This document shows, piece after piece, positions 28,665 through 39,277 of a DNA stretch of 56,437 nucleotides (its first letter is position 1; each line of letters starts with the position of its first letter). Source of the DNA: Armatimonadota bacterium. GTDB lineage: Bacteria; Vulcanimicrobiota; JACPDS01; JBDRKI01. The translations under genes and the position numbers were made by a program. The DNA is taken from assembly GCA_043814095.1 (NCBI GenBank), contig JBDRKI010000032.1, positions 1 to 56,437 on the forward strand, in the 5' to 3' direction. Under the pieces are notes generated by a model, which did no database searches, was not told where the DNA came from, and was given only the letters and a program-made list of their open reading frames with translations.

Positions 28665-29879
28665 ATGAAGCAGTTTATCGCAGACCTGCATATTCATATA
28701 GGCAGAGCCGGCAACGGCAAGAGTGTTAAAATTACGGCTTCCCGGAACTTAACTTTTGAAAATATTATTGATGAATGCTTAAACCGTAAAGGTATTGACC
28801 TGACAGGCATTGTTGACTGCGCGAGCCCGAGTGTAATTAAAGATATAAAAGAATTGATAAAGAAGAAAAAACTTACAGAGCTTCCCGAAGGCGGGTTTCT
28901 TCATAAAGACAGGGTTGTTATCCTGCTCGGTTCAGAGATTGAAACTTATGAAAAAGAGAGCGGTTTTGCGCATTTTCTCTGCTATTTTCCTTATCTTTCC
29001 CAGATTGTTAAGTTCAGCAATCTTATGAAAAAATATATTTCAAACATAGAGCTTTCCTCCCAGAGATGTTTTCTTCAGGCTTCACAGTTATACAGTGTTG
29101 TTAAAGAATTCGGCGGCATTTTAATACCCGCGCACGCGTTTACTCCCCATAAAAGCGTATACGGGAATATGACTGACAGACTGGATAAAGTTTTTACCAT
29201 GGGTGAAGAGATACCGGCAATAGAACTGGGTTTAAGCGCGGATACTTTTATAGCGGATCATTTAACCGAGCTTGAGAATATTTCCTTTTTAAGCAACTCA
29301 GATGCCCATTCACTGCCTAAAATAGGCAGGGAGTATAATATAATCGAGATGCAGAAGTGTAATTTTAAAGAATTTGTTCTTGCGTTAAAAGGATCCGGCG
29401 GAAGAAAAATAATTGCTAATTACGGATTAGATCCCAAGCTGGGGAAATATCACAGGTCTTTCTGTGAGAAGTGTAATTTTATTACAGATGAGCCGCCGCC
29501 TGTTTTAAGCTGTTCTAAGTGTTTCTCAAGCGGTAAGGATTTTGTGTCCGGTGTCTTGGACAGGGTTATCCAGATAAAAGATAAAGAGAAAAGCATCTCT
29601 CCCGCACAGAGACCCGTATATAATTACCAGGTATGTCTTGAGTTTGTGCCCGGGGTGGGTAAAGTTATACTTGATAGGCTAATAAAGCATTTTGGCAGTG
29701 AGATGGCGGTAATCCATTCCGCTTCAAGGGAAGAGCTGATTAAGGTAGTAGGAGTGGAAGTTGCCAACATGATTATCCTTGCAAGAGAAGGCAGATTGAT
29801 TTTAACCTCCGGAGGCGGAGGGAAGTTTGGGAAGGTTTCATCCGTTAAAAATAAAAATGAACAGTTGACATTATTATGA
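28665..29879 (+). CDS. Endonuclease Q family (PHP domain, TIGR00375-like)
   Basis: DLHIH, IPAHAFTP, ELGLSAD, NSDAHS, GKYH..C..C..C..C, GGGG.FG; start ATG 28665. Confidence 0.88.
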   Translation: MKQFIADLHIHIGRAGNGKSVKITASRNLTFENIIDECLNRKGIDLTGIVDCASPSVIKDIKELIKKKKLTELPEGGFLHKDRVVILLGSEIETYEKESGFAHFLCYFPYLSQIVKFSNLMKKYISNIELSSQRCFLQASQLYSVVKEFGGILIPAHAFTPHKSVYGNMTDRLDKVFTMGEEIPAIELGLSADTFIADHLTELENISFLSNSDAHSLPKIGREYNIIEMQKCNFKEFVLALKGSGGRKIIANYGLDPKLGKYHRSFCEKCNFITDEPPPVLSCSKCFSSGKDFVSGVLDRVIQIKDKEKSISPAQRPVYNYQVCLEFVPGVGKVILDRLIKHFGSEMAVIHSASREELIKVVGVEVANMIILAREGRLILTSGGGGKFGKVSSVKNKNEQLTLL

Positions 29880-29926
29880 TATATATGAATAATTATAAAT
29901 ATAATTACAAATAAAGGTGACAGAGT

Positions 29927-31111
29927 ATGATTAAACGCGTAATTATAATCGTGCTTGACAGCGTAGGGGTAGGGGCGATGCCTGATGCCGAGAAATACGG
30001 CGATGCGGGCGCCGATACCCTGGGTAATGTTGCTAAGGCCGTAGGGGGGCTTTCCCTCCCGCACTTAAAAGAGATGGGGTTGGGCAATATTCATAAAATT
30101 TCTGGTATTGACCCTGTTAATTCCCCCCTTGCTTGTTACGGCAGGATGGCCGAGGCTTCATGCGGTAAAGATACAACAACAGGCCACTGGGAGCTAATGG
30201 GGCTGGTATTAAAAAGATCATTTCCCGTATATCCCGAAGGTTTCCCGCCGGAAGTGATAGAGAAATTCGAAAAAGCAGTGGGAAGGAAAATTCTCGGCAA
30301 CTGCCCCGCTTCCGGAACAGAGATAATAAAAGAGCTCGGCGAGAAGCATATGCAGACGGGCTGTCCCATAGTCTATACCTCGGCTGACAGCGTGTTCCAG
30401 ATAGCGGCCCATGAAGTTATTATACCCGTTGAAGAGCTGTATGATATGTGTACCAAAGCCAGGGAAATATTAACAGGCGAGCATTCAGTGGCAAGGGTTA
30501 TAGCCCGTCCCTTTATCGGAAAGCCGGGGAGTTTTTCCCGCACGGAGAGAAGGCGGGATTTTTCCGTAGTACCGTTTAAGAAAACACTGCTTGATTATCT
30601 TAAAGAGAACGGTTATTCGGTGTATTCTGTAGGAAAAATTGAAGATATATTCGCACACAGGGGTATTACCCAGTCTAATCATACCCATAGTAATATGGAT
30701 GCCCTGACAGCTACCTTAAAACTTATAAAGAAGAATTTTTCAGGAATTATATTTACTAATCTTGTTGATTTTGACATGCTTTACGGCCACAGAAATGATG
30801 TCCAGGGTTATAAGGATTGTTTGATTGAAGCGGATAAATTTCTACCTAAAATATTAAAAGTGTTAAATAAGGACGATCTTCTTATTATAACCGCAGACCA
30901 CGGGTGCGACCCCACTTATCATACAACAGATCACACAAGGGAATACGTTCCTCTTCTGGTATACGGCGAGGATATAAAAAGCGGGGTTAATCTTGGTGTG
31001 AGAACCTCATTTGCGGATATTGCAGCGACAGTTGAAGATATTTTTAATATTAAAAATGCGGACTTAGAAGGCGCAAGCTTCTGGGATGATATAAAAATTG
31101 AGGAGGATTAA
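29927..31111 (+). CDS. deoB: Phosphopentomutase
   Basis: [50 protein letters not shown]. Confidence 0.96.
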   Translation: MIKRVIIIVLDSVGVGAMPDAEKYGDAGADTLGNVAKAVGGLSLPHLKEMGLGNIHKISGIDPVNSPLACYGRMAEASCGKDTTTGHWELMGLVLKRSFPVYPEGFPPEVIEKFEKAVGRKILGNCPASGTEIIKELGEKHMQTGCPIVYTSADSVFQIAAHEVIIPVEELYDMCTKAREILTGEHSVARVIARPFIGKPGSFSRTERRRDFSVVPFKKTLLDYLKENGYSVYSVGKIEDIFAHRGITQSNHTHSNMDALTATLKLIKKNFSGIIFTNLVDFDMLYGHRNDVQGYKDCLIEADKFLPKILKVLNKDDLLIITADHGCDPTYHTTDHTREYVPLLVYGEDIKSGVNLGVRTSFADIAATVEDIFNIKNADLEGASFWDDIKIEED

Positions 31112-31113
31112 TT

Positions 31114-31938
31114 ATGGAATTTTATGACAAAATTATAGAGGCCAGGGATTTTATAAGAAAGAACACGGACTTTGTCCCCAAGATAGGAATGATCTTAGGC
31201 TCAGGCCTCGGTGATATAGCAGATGATATAGAGAAAGTTAAGGAATTCCAGTATTCGGATATACCGCATTTTCCAGTATCTACGGTAAGCGGTCATGCCG
31301 GCAAGCTTGTCTTTGGGAAGCTTGAAGGCAAAGACGTAGTGGCCTTAAAAGGCAGGATTCATTATTATGAAGGGTATACAATGAAGGAAGTAACATTCCC
31401 GGTATATCTTATGAAACTTTTGGGAGTTGAGCAGTTAATCGTAACCAACGCTTCAGGCGGTGTTAACTCCGCTTTTAAGCCGGGTGATTTAATGCTCATG
31501 GATGACCATATAAATTTGATGGGCGATAATCCTTTGCGCGGTAAAAATGATGAAAGGCTGGGCGTCCGTTTTCCCGATATGAGTAATGTGTATAATAAAG
31601 ACTTAAAAGAGATGCTTTTGTCCACCGCAAATGAGCTGGGTATCTCAATACACAGGGGCGTATATACTGCGGTTGCAGGCCCTAATTATGAGACCGCTGC
31701 GGAAGTAAGGTATATGGGTAAAATAGGGGGAGACGTAATAGGCATGTCTTCGGCTCCCGAGGTTATTGCCGCAGCGCATCTTAATTTAAAGGTTCTGGGA
31801 ATTTCCTGTATTACCGATGTTATCTTCGCTTCTACAGGAGAAGTTCATGAAGTAAGCCACGAAGAAGTACTTGAGGTGGCGGCACAGGCCAAGCCTAAAT
31901 TTATAAAGCTGGTTAAAGCCGCGGTTAAGAAGATGTAG
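31114..31938 (+). CDS. punA: Purine nucleoside phosphorylase, trimeric type
   Basis: ILGSGLG, GRIHYYEG, TNASGG, DHIN, GPNYET.AE, GMS, SHEEV. Confidence 0.92.
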   Translation: MEFYDKIIEARDFIRKNTDFVPKIGMILGSGLGDIADDIEKVKEFQYSDIPHFPVSTVSGHAGKLVFGKLEGKDVVALKGRIHYYEGYTMKEVTFPVYLMKLLGVEQLIVTNASGGVNSAFKPGDLMLMDDHINLMGDNPLRGKNDERLGVRFPDMSNVYNKDLKEMLLSTANELGISIHRGVYTAVAGPNYETAAEVRYMGKIGGDVIGMSSAPEVIAAAHLNLKVLGISCITDVIFASTGEVHEVSHEEVLEVAAQAKPKFIKLVKAAVKKM

Positions 31939-31943
31939 TAAAT

Positions 31944-33236
31944 ATGAAAAAAGCACTGTTTATATCCTATGCGTTTCCTCCCCAGGGCGGGGTAGGTGTT
32001 CAGAGAGCCGTTAAATTCTTGAAATACCTGCCTTTATACGGTTATGAATGCCATGTAATATCGGCAAAAAAAAGATTCTGTGAATTTAAAGACAAAGATC
32101 TTATTAACCAGCTGGATTTAAGCAAAGTTCATCTTCATAATGTATTCAGCTTTGAGCCGGAGAATTATCTTGATGATGTTAAGCGCTCCGGTCATAAATT
32201 TATAAGGAATTTTTTTAGGTTAGTTGATTTTTTATTTGTGCCTGATGAGAAGGTATTCTGGATAATGCCGGTCGCGCTTTTCGGCGCGTCCATGGTTTTA
32301 AAGTATAATATAGACTGTATTTTCGCTACGGGAGATCCTTTCTCGTCTTTACTTGCCGGTTATTATATAAGCAAGCTTACGGGCAGGCCGCTTATTGTTG
32401 ATTTCAGGGATGAATGGATAAGCGGGTACCTATTAAACCAGGGTTCTCCAAGATACAGGTGGCATACATCCGCCCAGAAAGCAATGGAGGAAAAGGTTGT
32501 AAACTACGCTCATAAAGTTATATCAGTTACCCCGTCCATAATAGATAATTTCATAAAAAAATATCCGGACAAAAAAGATAAATTTATATGTATCCCCAAC
32601 GGGTTTGATGAAGATGATTTTAAAATATCAGACAATAACGGCAAAGATAAAGAAAAATTTATTATACTCCACAGCGGGAAGGTATATAATCTCCGTTCCC
32701 CTGTTAACTTTTTAAAATCGCTTAAGCTTATAGAAAAAGAGAATAAAGAGATGTTTGACAAGATAAAGGTTATTTTTGCCGGGCATGTGGAAGATTCTGT
32801 GAAAAATGATATTAATAAGCTGGATATGGAAAAAACAGTTGAATTTACGGGATTTTTACCCCATAAAGATATAATAAAACTGCAGAACGAGACAGATCTT
32901 AACCTGCTCATACTTGATGATGCCCCTCCTGCAAAAAGAGTCTATACCGCTAAAATATTTGAATACCTTGCATCAGCTGCAAACACACTGGTCATAGCGC
33001 CCTCTAATACCGAGGTTGCAAACCTTATTTACAAAAGCAATACGGGCATAGTTATAGAAGATAGAAACGATACGGAAGGTATTAAAGAAGCTGTATCCAA
33101 CTTTATAAATATAAGAGAAAGTGGTAAAATAGCATTTGAGCATAATACTAAGTTTATCAGTCAGTTTTCAAGAAGAAATCTTGCAAAACAGCTGGCTGAG
33201 GTTTTTGATGAGTCTGTTAAAGCAAAGGGAAGATAA
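31944..33236 (+). CDS. Glycosyltransferase, GT-B (family 4-like)
   Basis: FPP.GG.GVQR, DFRDEW, IPNGFD, KIFEYL. Confidence 0.85.
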   Translation: MKKALFISYAFPPQGGVGVQRAVKFLKYLPLYGYECHVISAKKRFCEFKDKDLINQLDLSKVHLHNVFSFEPENYLDDVKRSGHKFIRNFFRLVDFLFVPDEKVFWIMPVALFGASMVLKYNIDCIFATGDPFSSLLAGYYISKLTGRPLIVDFRDEWISGYLLNQGSPRYRWHTSAQKAMEEKVVNYAHKVISVTPSIIDNFIKKYPDKKDKFICIPNGFDEDDFKISDNNGKDKEKFIILHSGKVYNLRSPVNFLKSLKLIEKENKEMFDKIKVIFAGHVEDSVKNDINKLDMEKTVEFTGFLPHKDIIKLQNETDLNLLILDDAPPAKRVYTAKIFEYLASAANTLVIAPSNTEVANLIYKSNTGIVIEDRNDTEGIKEAVSNFINIRESGKIAFEHNTKFISQFSRRNLAKQLAEVFDESVKAKGR

Positions 33237-34943
33237 ATGACGGATAATATTCAAAAAAATTATTATAATCTTGTTTTAAAGATGGCGCCAAGGCTTCTTA
33301 CCCTTCTTGACAGGGAGGAATTTTCTGCAACCTACGGCTGTTTTGACAGGTCTTTCTGGCATTATAAATTTATAACCGATTATCCCTGCGCCAGGTACCA
33401 GGAAGCGGTTCTTGTCCTCGCTCTTTTATATACACAGCAGTTCCCGGGGAATGTCTATTTCAGAAACGAGAGAGTCTTAAACTGGGCCAAAGCCGCTCTT
33501 CTCTACTGGACCAGGATACAGAATAAAGACGGTTCTTTTAATGAGGCTTATCCCAATGAGCACAGTTTTGTCACAACGGCCTTTACGCTTTACGCGGTAT
33601 CCGAATCCTTTCTTATACTCTCCGATTATATGGAGGAAGAAGAAACAGCCAGGGTATTAAAATCCATAGAAAAAGCCGCCTTGTGGCTTATTAATAATGA
33701 AGACCCGTGGGTTGCTAACCATACCGCCGGGGCGGTAACCGCATTATATAACACCCACCTTATAACAGGTGATAATAAGTATAAAAAGGGCGCGGTTAAA
33801 AAGTTAAATTATGTTTTGAACATGCAGAGCAAAGAAGGCTGGTTTTACGAATACGGCAGCGCGGATCCGGGTTATTTAAGCTTAACCATAGATTTTCTGG
33901 CTAAATATTACGATAAAAGCAATGATGAAAAAGTTAAAGAACATCTTAAAGAGGCATGTGGTTTCCTGGGGTATTTCCTGCACAGTGACGGGTCTTTCGG
34001 CGGGGATTACGGGAGCAGGAATACCGAATTTTTCTATCCTCACGGGCTGGAGATTTTTAAGTCAGAATGCGATCACGCAAACAGGATTCTTCACAAATTT
34101 TATCCCGCGCTGGAAGTTGAGCGTATAGCGAATCCAAATTATATGGATGACCGGTATTTCGCGTTTGAGGCAAGCAATTTCCTTCAGAGCGCGCTTTCAT
34201 ATAAAAAGGCTTCCGAGGTTCAAGACGAGAAAATGTCTTTGGAAAGAGATTATTTTATAGAATTTCCGGAAGCCGGCATTATTACTGTGCAGAATAAAAA
34301 ATACCAGGCAGTCTTAAATTATAAAAAAGGCGGGGTTTTAAAGGTTTTTTCAAGAAAGAACGGTCATAATATGGGCGAGCTTGTTTTTTCGGATGCGGGC
34401 TTTCTTGCCGAACTCCAGGAGAAAAAAAACCGCAAAGCCATATCCCAGTTCTATTTTAATAAATTCAATCTCTCAAAAGAAAACAGTAAAATCGCGTTTC
34501 ATTCTTCAATGATTAACTGGAGGGATACCCGTCCTTTAAAGAATTTAATAGTGCCTTTCAGGTTATTCAATTATATATTAGGTCCTTCATTTACAATCAT
34601 GAAGCATTTTAACAATATAATGAAAAAGATTTTGTTTAAAGGAAAAAAATATCTTCCCGTCATGATAAACAAAGAAATTGAATTTAAAGATGAAGAAATC
34701 ACGGTTCGGGATTTAATTTATACAAAACTTAAATTCATGAAGATTAAAAAAGTTGACCATATAGTCCCGTATCACACTTCAGCCACTAAATATTTCTTAA
34801 ATTCTTCTTTAAGTTCCGGCTCTTACAGGTTCCCCAACCTCGCTGAGCAGATTAACAAGAAGAGTCACGCCGAGCTTTTTTACAAGCTTGATTTCAGGGC
34901 CAGTGTGCCGCAGGTCAGCGGCGGGGCAGTTGACGGCAATTAG
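33237..34943 (+). CDS. Hypothetical glycan-cluster protein, probable (alpha/alpha) toroid N-terminal region
   Basis: Repeated W...Q..DGSF / QS.EGWF.EY / H.DGSFGG motifs; abuts the GT stop codon. Confidence 0.6.
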   Translation: MTDNIQKNYYNLVLKMAPRLLTLLDREEFSATYGCFDRSFWHYKFITDYPCARYQEAVLVLALLYTQQFPGNVYFRNERVLNWAKAALLYWTRIQNKDGSFNEAYPNEHSFVTTAFTLYAVSESFLILSDYMEEEETARVLKSIEKAALWLINNEDPWVANHTAGAVTALYNTHLITGDNKYKKGAVKKLNYVLNMQSKEGWFYEYGSADPGYLSLTIDFLAKYYDKSNDEKVKEHLKEACGFLGYFLHSDGSFGGDYGSRNTEFFYPHGLEIFKSECDHANRILHKFYPALEVERIANPNYMDDRYFAFEASNFLQSALSYKKASEVQDEKMSLERDYFIEFPEAGIITVQNKKYQAVLNYKKGGVLKVFSRKNGHNMGELVFSDAGFLAELQEKKNRKAISQFYFNKFNLSKENSKIAFHSSMINWRDTRPLKNLIVPFRLFNYILGPSFTIMKHFNNIMKKILFKGKKYLPVMINKEIEFKDEEITVRDLIYTKLKFMKIKKVDHIVPYHTSATKYFLNSSLSSGSYRFPNLAEQINKKSHAELFYKLDFRASVPQVSGGAVDGN

Positions 34944-34965
34944 CTTAAAATCCGGGGAGTTTTAA

Positions 34966-36879
34966 ATGTGCGGCATTTGCGGCTTTAAAGGCATAGAAGA
35001 TAAAAATCTGTTATACAGGATGGTAAATACCTTATCCCACCGCGGGCCTGATGATGAAGGCTTCTATTTTGACGCAGAAACAGGATTAGGCCATAAGAGG
35101 TTAAGTATTATTGATCTTGCAACAGGCCATCAGCCCATAGTAGACGAAAGAGGCAGGTTTGTTATTGTATTTAACGGAGAGATATATAATTACAAAGAGT
35201 TAAAGAAAAACCTTGAAGATAAAGGCGCCGGCTTTAAGACGAATTCAGATACGGAAGTTGTTCTTTACACATACATAGCGGAAGGCATAAGCGGTTTCTG
35301 CAAGCTTAACGGTATATGGGCGTTCGCGATATATGACAAACTGGAAGAAAAGCTTGTACTATGCCGCGATCATGTGGGAGTAAAACCCCTTTATTATTAC
35401 TATAAAGACGGCAAGATTATATTTGCATCTGAGATGAAAGCAATTCTTGAGTATAAAGGGTATCCGAAAGAAGTAAATTTAAATGCCATGGATGATTACC
35501 TGTCTCTGCGTTATGTATGCGGGGAGAATACATTATTTAAAGGCATAAAACAGATCCCTTACGGACATGTTTTAGTATATAAAGACAGGGAGATGAAGAT
35601 AACCCCTTACTGGGATTATGATAAGTTTACAGATAAGAATGATTTATCCGCTAAAGATTACAGAGAAGCAGAAGAGATCTTTCATAAGAAGTTCTCAGAA
35701 TCCGTTAAGGCCCAGCTTTTAAGCGAAGTCCCGCTAGGGGCCTATTTATCGGGCGGTGTGGATTCTTCCCTTATTGCCGCTTTAATGAAACAGCATTCGG
35801 ATAAAGTTGTTACATTCTCTGTGGGTTTCGGGTCTGATATAGATGAGACTGAACAGGCATATAAAGTATCAAAATATTTAGGAACTATTCATAACAGCAT
35901 AACAGTGGAAGAAGAGGATTTTCTTGAACTTCCCGAAGCGGTATGGCATCTTGACCAGCCGGTAGGGGACGCGATTATACTTGCCATATATAAATTATCG
36001 TCTTTAGCATCAAAACATGTTAAAGTTGTGCTTACCGGCGAAGGGGCGGATGAGCTTTTCGGGGGTTATGTCCACCAGAAGGCATTGTATAAAGCGGTGA
36101 ATATGTTTAAGAATATGCCTTCTTTCTCCGCCAATGCTTTATCAACCTTAATAAAGCTTACCCCTGAGTCTCTTTTAAATAAATTATTTAACTACCCCGC
36201 TAAATTAGGAAAAGAAGGAAAGAAAAGGGTAAGTACTTTTATTAAGACTTTAGGTTCAGGCAACGGTTTCTCTGATAAATATATGTCCCTTGCAACATTA
36301 TTCTCACAGAACGATAAAATCCTGTTATATAAAGATGATATGGCAGATAAAGTTAAGAATAATATGTTTTTCTCTGATAGTATAAACAGTTTCTTTGATA
36401 TAAAGGGGATAGATTTTCTTGAGAAGATAATGAGTTTTGAGTATGAATACTGGCTGCCTGACAATATCTTGTTTAAGCAGGACAGGTTAACCATGGCGCA
36501 CGGGCTTGAGGGAAGGGTACCATACCTTGATCCCGGGATTATAAGCTATGTTAACGGCCTCCCGCTTGATATAAAGAAAGAAACTTTTAATAATAAGAAG
36601 ATGCTTAAAAATACACTTAAAAAGTATCTCCCCGAAGATATGCTTAATACTAAAAAGAAAGCGTTCCATGTTCCGTTAGAGACAAGATTTAAAAAATCTT
36701 TTGATAATATAATCAATGAGTATTTAAGCAAGGGAAGGATAAAAAGAAGAAACTACTTTGACTATAATTACATACAGCAGTTAAAAGAAAATCTTCCCAA
36801 ATCCCCTTTTATAATCACAAAAAAGCTTATGTGCCTGGCACTGCTTGAGATCTGGCATGAAGTTTTTGATATAGGTTAG
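34966..36879 (+). CDS. asnB: Asparagine synthase-like glutamine amidotransferase
   Basis: MCGICG, HRGPD, RLSIID, FNGEIYN, LSGGVDSS, GEGADELFGGY, E.RVPYLD. Confidence 0.93.
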   Translation: MCGICGFKGIEDKNLLYRMVNTLSHRGPDDEGFYFDAETGLGHKRLSIIDLATGHQPIVDERGRFVIVFNGEIYNYKELKKNLEDKGAGFKTNSDTEVVLYTYIAEGISGFCKLNGIWAFAIYDKLEEKLVLCRDHVGVKPLYYYYKDGKIIFASEMKAILEYKGYPKEVNLNAMDDYLSLRYVCGENTLFKGIKQIPYGHVLVYKDREMKITPYWDYDKFTDKNDLSAKDYREAEEIFHKKFSESVKAQLLSEVPLGAYLSGGVDSSLIAALMKQHSDKVVTFSVGFGSDIDETEQAYKVSKYLGTIHNSITVEEEDFLELPEAVWHLDQPVGDAIILAIYKLSSLASKHVKVVLTGEGADELFGGYVHQKALYKAVNMFKNMPSFSANALSTLIKLTPESLLNKLFNYPAKLGKEGKKRVSTFIKTLGSGNGFSDKYMSLATLFSQNDKILLYKDDMADKVKNNMFFSDSINSFFDIKGIDFLEKIMSFEYEYWLPDNILFKQDRLTMAHGLEGRVPYLDPGIISYVNGLPLDIKKETFNNKKMLKNTLKKYLPEDMLNTKKKAFHVPLETRFKKSFDNIINEYLSKGRIKRRNYFDYNYIQQLKENLPKSPFIITKKLMCLALLEIWHEVFDIG

Positions 36880-36886
36880 AGGAAAT

Positions 36887-38329
36887 ATGAATATATTAGT
36901 TTTAAACCCGCCTTCAAGGCAGAGTAAAAATATTGTAAGGGACGCCCTCTGGGGCTGCTGGTGTAAAGGCAAGCGTATTGCAGGAACATCGGTACCGCCT
37001 ATTAACCAGGTGCTTACTGCCACATTATTAAAAGACGAAGGCCATAATGCGGTATTTCTTGATGCATTAGGGCTTAAAATGACGCTTGAAGATGTATTAA
37101 AAGATATAGATAAATATGAAGCAGTTGTCCTTCAGACTTCAACAATGACTTTCAGGGAAGATGTATCCGTATTAAAAGGATTAAAGGCAAAGAATAATAA
37201 ATTAATAACCATAGTATACGGTTCACATCCCTCATTTATGCCTGAATTCTCATTAGAAGAAGGCATAGACTTTATAATAAGGTTTGAACATGAGTTTGCA
37301 TTAAGAGACCTTATAAATCGGCTTGAAAGATCAGGCGACTGGGAAAATGTACGGGGCATAGGGTATAAAAAAGATGGTAAAATAATAATAAACCCTGATT
37401 ATCCTTTTATTGAAGACCTTGATATGCTTCCTTTCCCTGATAGGACCCTTTTATCTAAAGAGATAGAATATTTTAACCCCATAGTTAAACGCCTCCCCTA
37501 TACAACAATGTTTACTTCCCGCGGCTGTCCCGCAAAATGCACTTTCTGTACTGCCCCTAGTTTCATGGGGAAGAAGATAAGGTTCCGTTCTGCTGAGAAT
37601 GTTGTTAAAGAGCTTGAATATGTTGCATCACTGGGTTACAGGGAAGTATTTTTCAGGGATGAGACATTTACCGTATTTAAAGAAAGAAATCTTAAGGTAT
37701 GTGACCAGATTATAAAAAGAAAGTTGGATTTAACCTGGATATGTAATGCCAGGGTAGGGACAATAGATAAAGAAACCATGCTCACAATGAAAAAAGCAGG
37801 ATGCCATATGATAAGGTTCGGTGTTGAATCAGGTGTCCAGGAAATTTTAGATAACATTAAAAAAGGCATAAAAGCAGATAAGACAATAGAAACCTTTAAA
37901 ATAGCCAAAGAAGCAGGCATGGAGACACATGCACATCTTATGATAGGTCTGCCCGGTGATACGAAAGATACCGTAAACCAAACAATTAATTTTGTAAAAA
38001 AGATTTCACCAACAACGGCAACTTTCGGTATATGCACGCCTTACCCCGGAACAGAGCTCTTCGAGGCCGTTAAAGAAAAATATCCCCAGATAAAAGACGG
38101 AACAGATGCAGATCTTAAAAAGCTTCATACCTCAGGCTTTTTCAACCAGGCTTTCTGTGAAGTAAGCGCTGATGAGCTTGAGAAGATGGTAAAAACAGCT
38201 TACAGAAGGTTCTACCTGCGTCCTAAATACCTTATAGATACCTTAAGGGGTATAAAGAGCTTTGATGAGCTTAAAAGAAAGCTTATAGCAGGCACATCAG
38301 TCCTTGATTTTGCGGTAAGAGGGGATTAG
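36887..38329 (+). CDS. Cobalamin-binding radical SAM protein
   Basis: N-terminal B12-binding-like domain (GSHPS), SRGCPAKCTFC, FRDETFT, GVESG, PYPGT. Confidence 0.9.
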   Translation: MNILVLNPPSRQSKNIVRDALWGCWCKGKRIAGTSVPPINQVLTATLLKDEGHNAVFLDALGLKMTLEDVLKDIDKYEAVVLQTSTMTFREDVSVLKGLKAKNNKLITIVYGSHPSFMPEFSLEEGIDFIIRFEHEFALRDLINRLERSGDWENVRGIGYKKDGKIIINPDYPFIEDLDMLPFPDRTLLSKEIEYFNPIVKRLPYTTMFTSRGCPAKCTFCTAPSFMGKKIRFRSAENVVKELEYVASLGYREVFFRDETFTVFKERNLKVCDQIIKRKLDLTWICNARVGTIDKETMLTMKKAGCHMIRFGVESGVQEILDNIKKGIKADKTIETFKIAKEAGMETHAHLMIGLPGDTKDTVNQTINFVKKISPTTATFGICTPYPGTELFEAVKEKYPQIKDGTDADLKKLHTSGFFNQAFCEVSADELEKMVKTAYRRFYLRPKYLIDTLRGIKSFDELKRKLIAGTSVLDFAVRGD

Positions 38330-38337
38330 TCCGGATT

Positions 38338-38655
38338 TCATTTAATCCTTAAACCGTTTCTTTTAATTTCTTCAATAAACAGGTTAGATCTCTTGAAATC
38401 TTTTAAATTAAATGGATGGATTTCCAGATGGTTATTGAAATCACGCAGGTAAGGTATGATTTTCTTATTATCGTGAAATCTTACTCCTGAAAAATCTTTT
38501 GAAGCTAAAGCAACATCTATATCGCTCCATTCGTCGGCTTTATTTTTAGCATAAGAACCGAACATATATGCGTAACTTATGGAAATCTTATTCTCTTCCA
38601 GTTTTTCAATTAATTCTTTAATTTCTTTTATGATCCTATTTTTTTTATAAGGCAT
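38338..38655 (-). CDS. Minimal nucleotidyltransferase (MNT), antitoxin-like
   Basis: FGSYA......SDIDV motif; overlaps HEPN gene. Confidence 0.88.
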   Translation of the reverse strand: MPYKKNRIIKEIKELIEKLEENKISISYAYMFGSYAKNKADEWSDIDVALASKDFSGVRFHDNKKIIPYLRDFNNHLEIHPFNLKDFKRSNLFIEEIKRNGLRIK

Positions 38656-38996
38656 TTATAAAGCTCCTTTATTTTTCCGAAGTATTCCCGGGTGAAATTT
38701 TTGGTACATAATTTGTAGAATTCAAGTTTGCCGTTCGGATATCTGGCTTCTATGTTAAAATTATTTATTTCTTTAAGAAAATCTATTTCTTTTTCCGCAA
38801 TTACTTCCAGTTTGTGAATTTTTGGAGGCATTTTATGGTTCTTTTTGATATAGAAGGCTTTTAATACTTTTTCTATTATCAGGTGACCTATAAATAAGCA
38901 CCAGTCGTATTTTTTATTTTCAAATAAAACCTCAGCGGTTTTCAAGTCATGTTTTGCGGATTCAAGCCAATAATTAATTTCTTTTTTTATATCCAT
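38628..38996 (-). CDS. HEPN domain protein
   Basis: W...A..DL..A..L, F..H...EK.LKA, H.L, ARYP. Confidence 0.88.
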   Translation of the reverse strand: MDIKKEINYWLESAKHDLKTAEVLFENKKYDWCLFIGHLIIEKVLKAFYIKKNHKMPPKIHKLEVIAEKEIDFLKEINNFNIEARYPNGKLEFYKLCTKNFTREYFGKIKELYKCLIKKIGS

Positions 38997-39051
38997 TAAT
39001 TACCTCTAATTACCTCAAATATTTACTGTAAGGGTAAGCTTATAGGGTATT

Positions 39052-39276
39052 TCAGGTTTTTTTATTTATAAACTTTGCTCTTTCAATTTCCAGTAGTCTG
39101 CGGGCATTATTTGCTTCTTCTATATTGCGGAATTTTTGAACCCCTCTTCTGCACAGAGGCGGAAGTGCGGTATTTAACAAAGCGAAGAGTTCGTTGGTTT
39201 TTAAAGCAACTTTTTTTCTGGTATAACCTTTATATTTAGTCATATCAGAGATACTGTGAAATTTCCAGACAGGCAT
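39052..39276 (-). CDS. Small hypothetical partner of the upstream nucleotidyltransferase
   Basis: ATG 39276 directly after the upstream stop, GAGGTGG SD; KF.S/NI motif twice (WKFHSISD, QKFRNIEE). Confidence 0.65.
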   Translation of the reverse strand: MPVWKFHSISDMTKYKGYTRKKVALKTNELFALLNTALPPLCRRGVQKFRNIEEANNARRLLEIERAKFINKKT

Positions 39277-39277
39277 T

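Noticed and set aside
984-38037. Short antisense or alternate-frame ORFs over the peptidase, acc, dcw, deoB, asnB and radical SAM genes (e.g. 4676-5281, 8402-8950, 27595-28080)
   Set aside because: They overlap well-supported genes on the other strand or frame and have no independent support.
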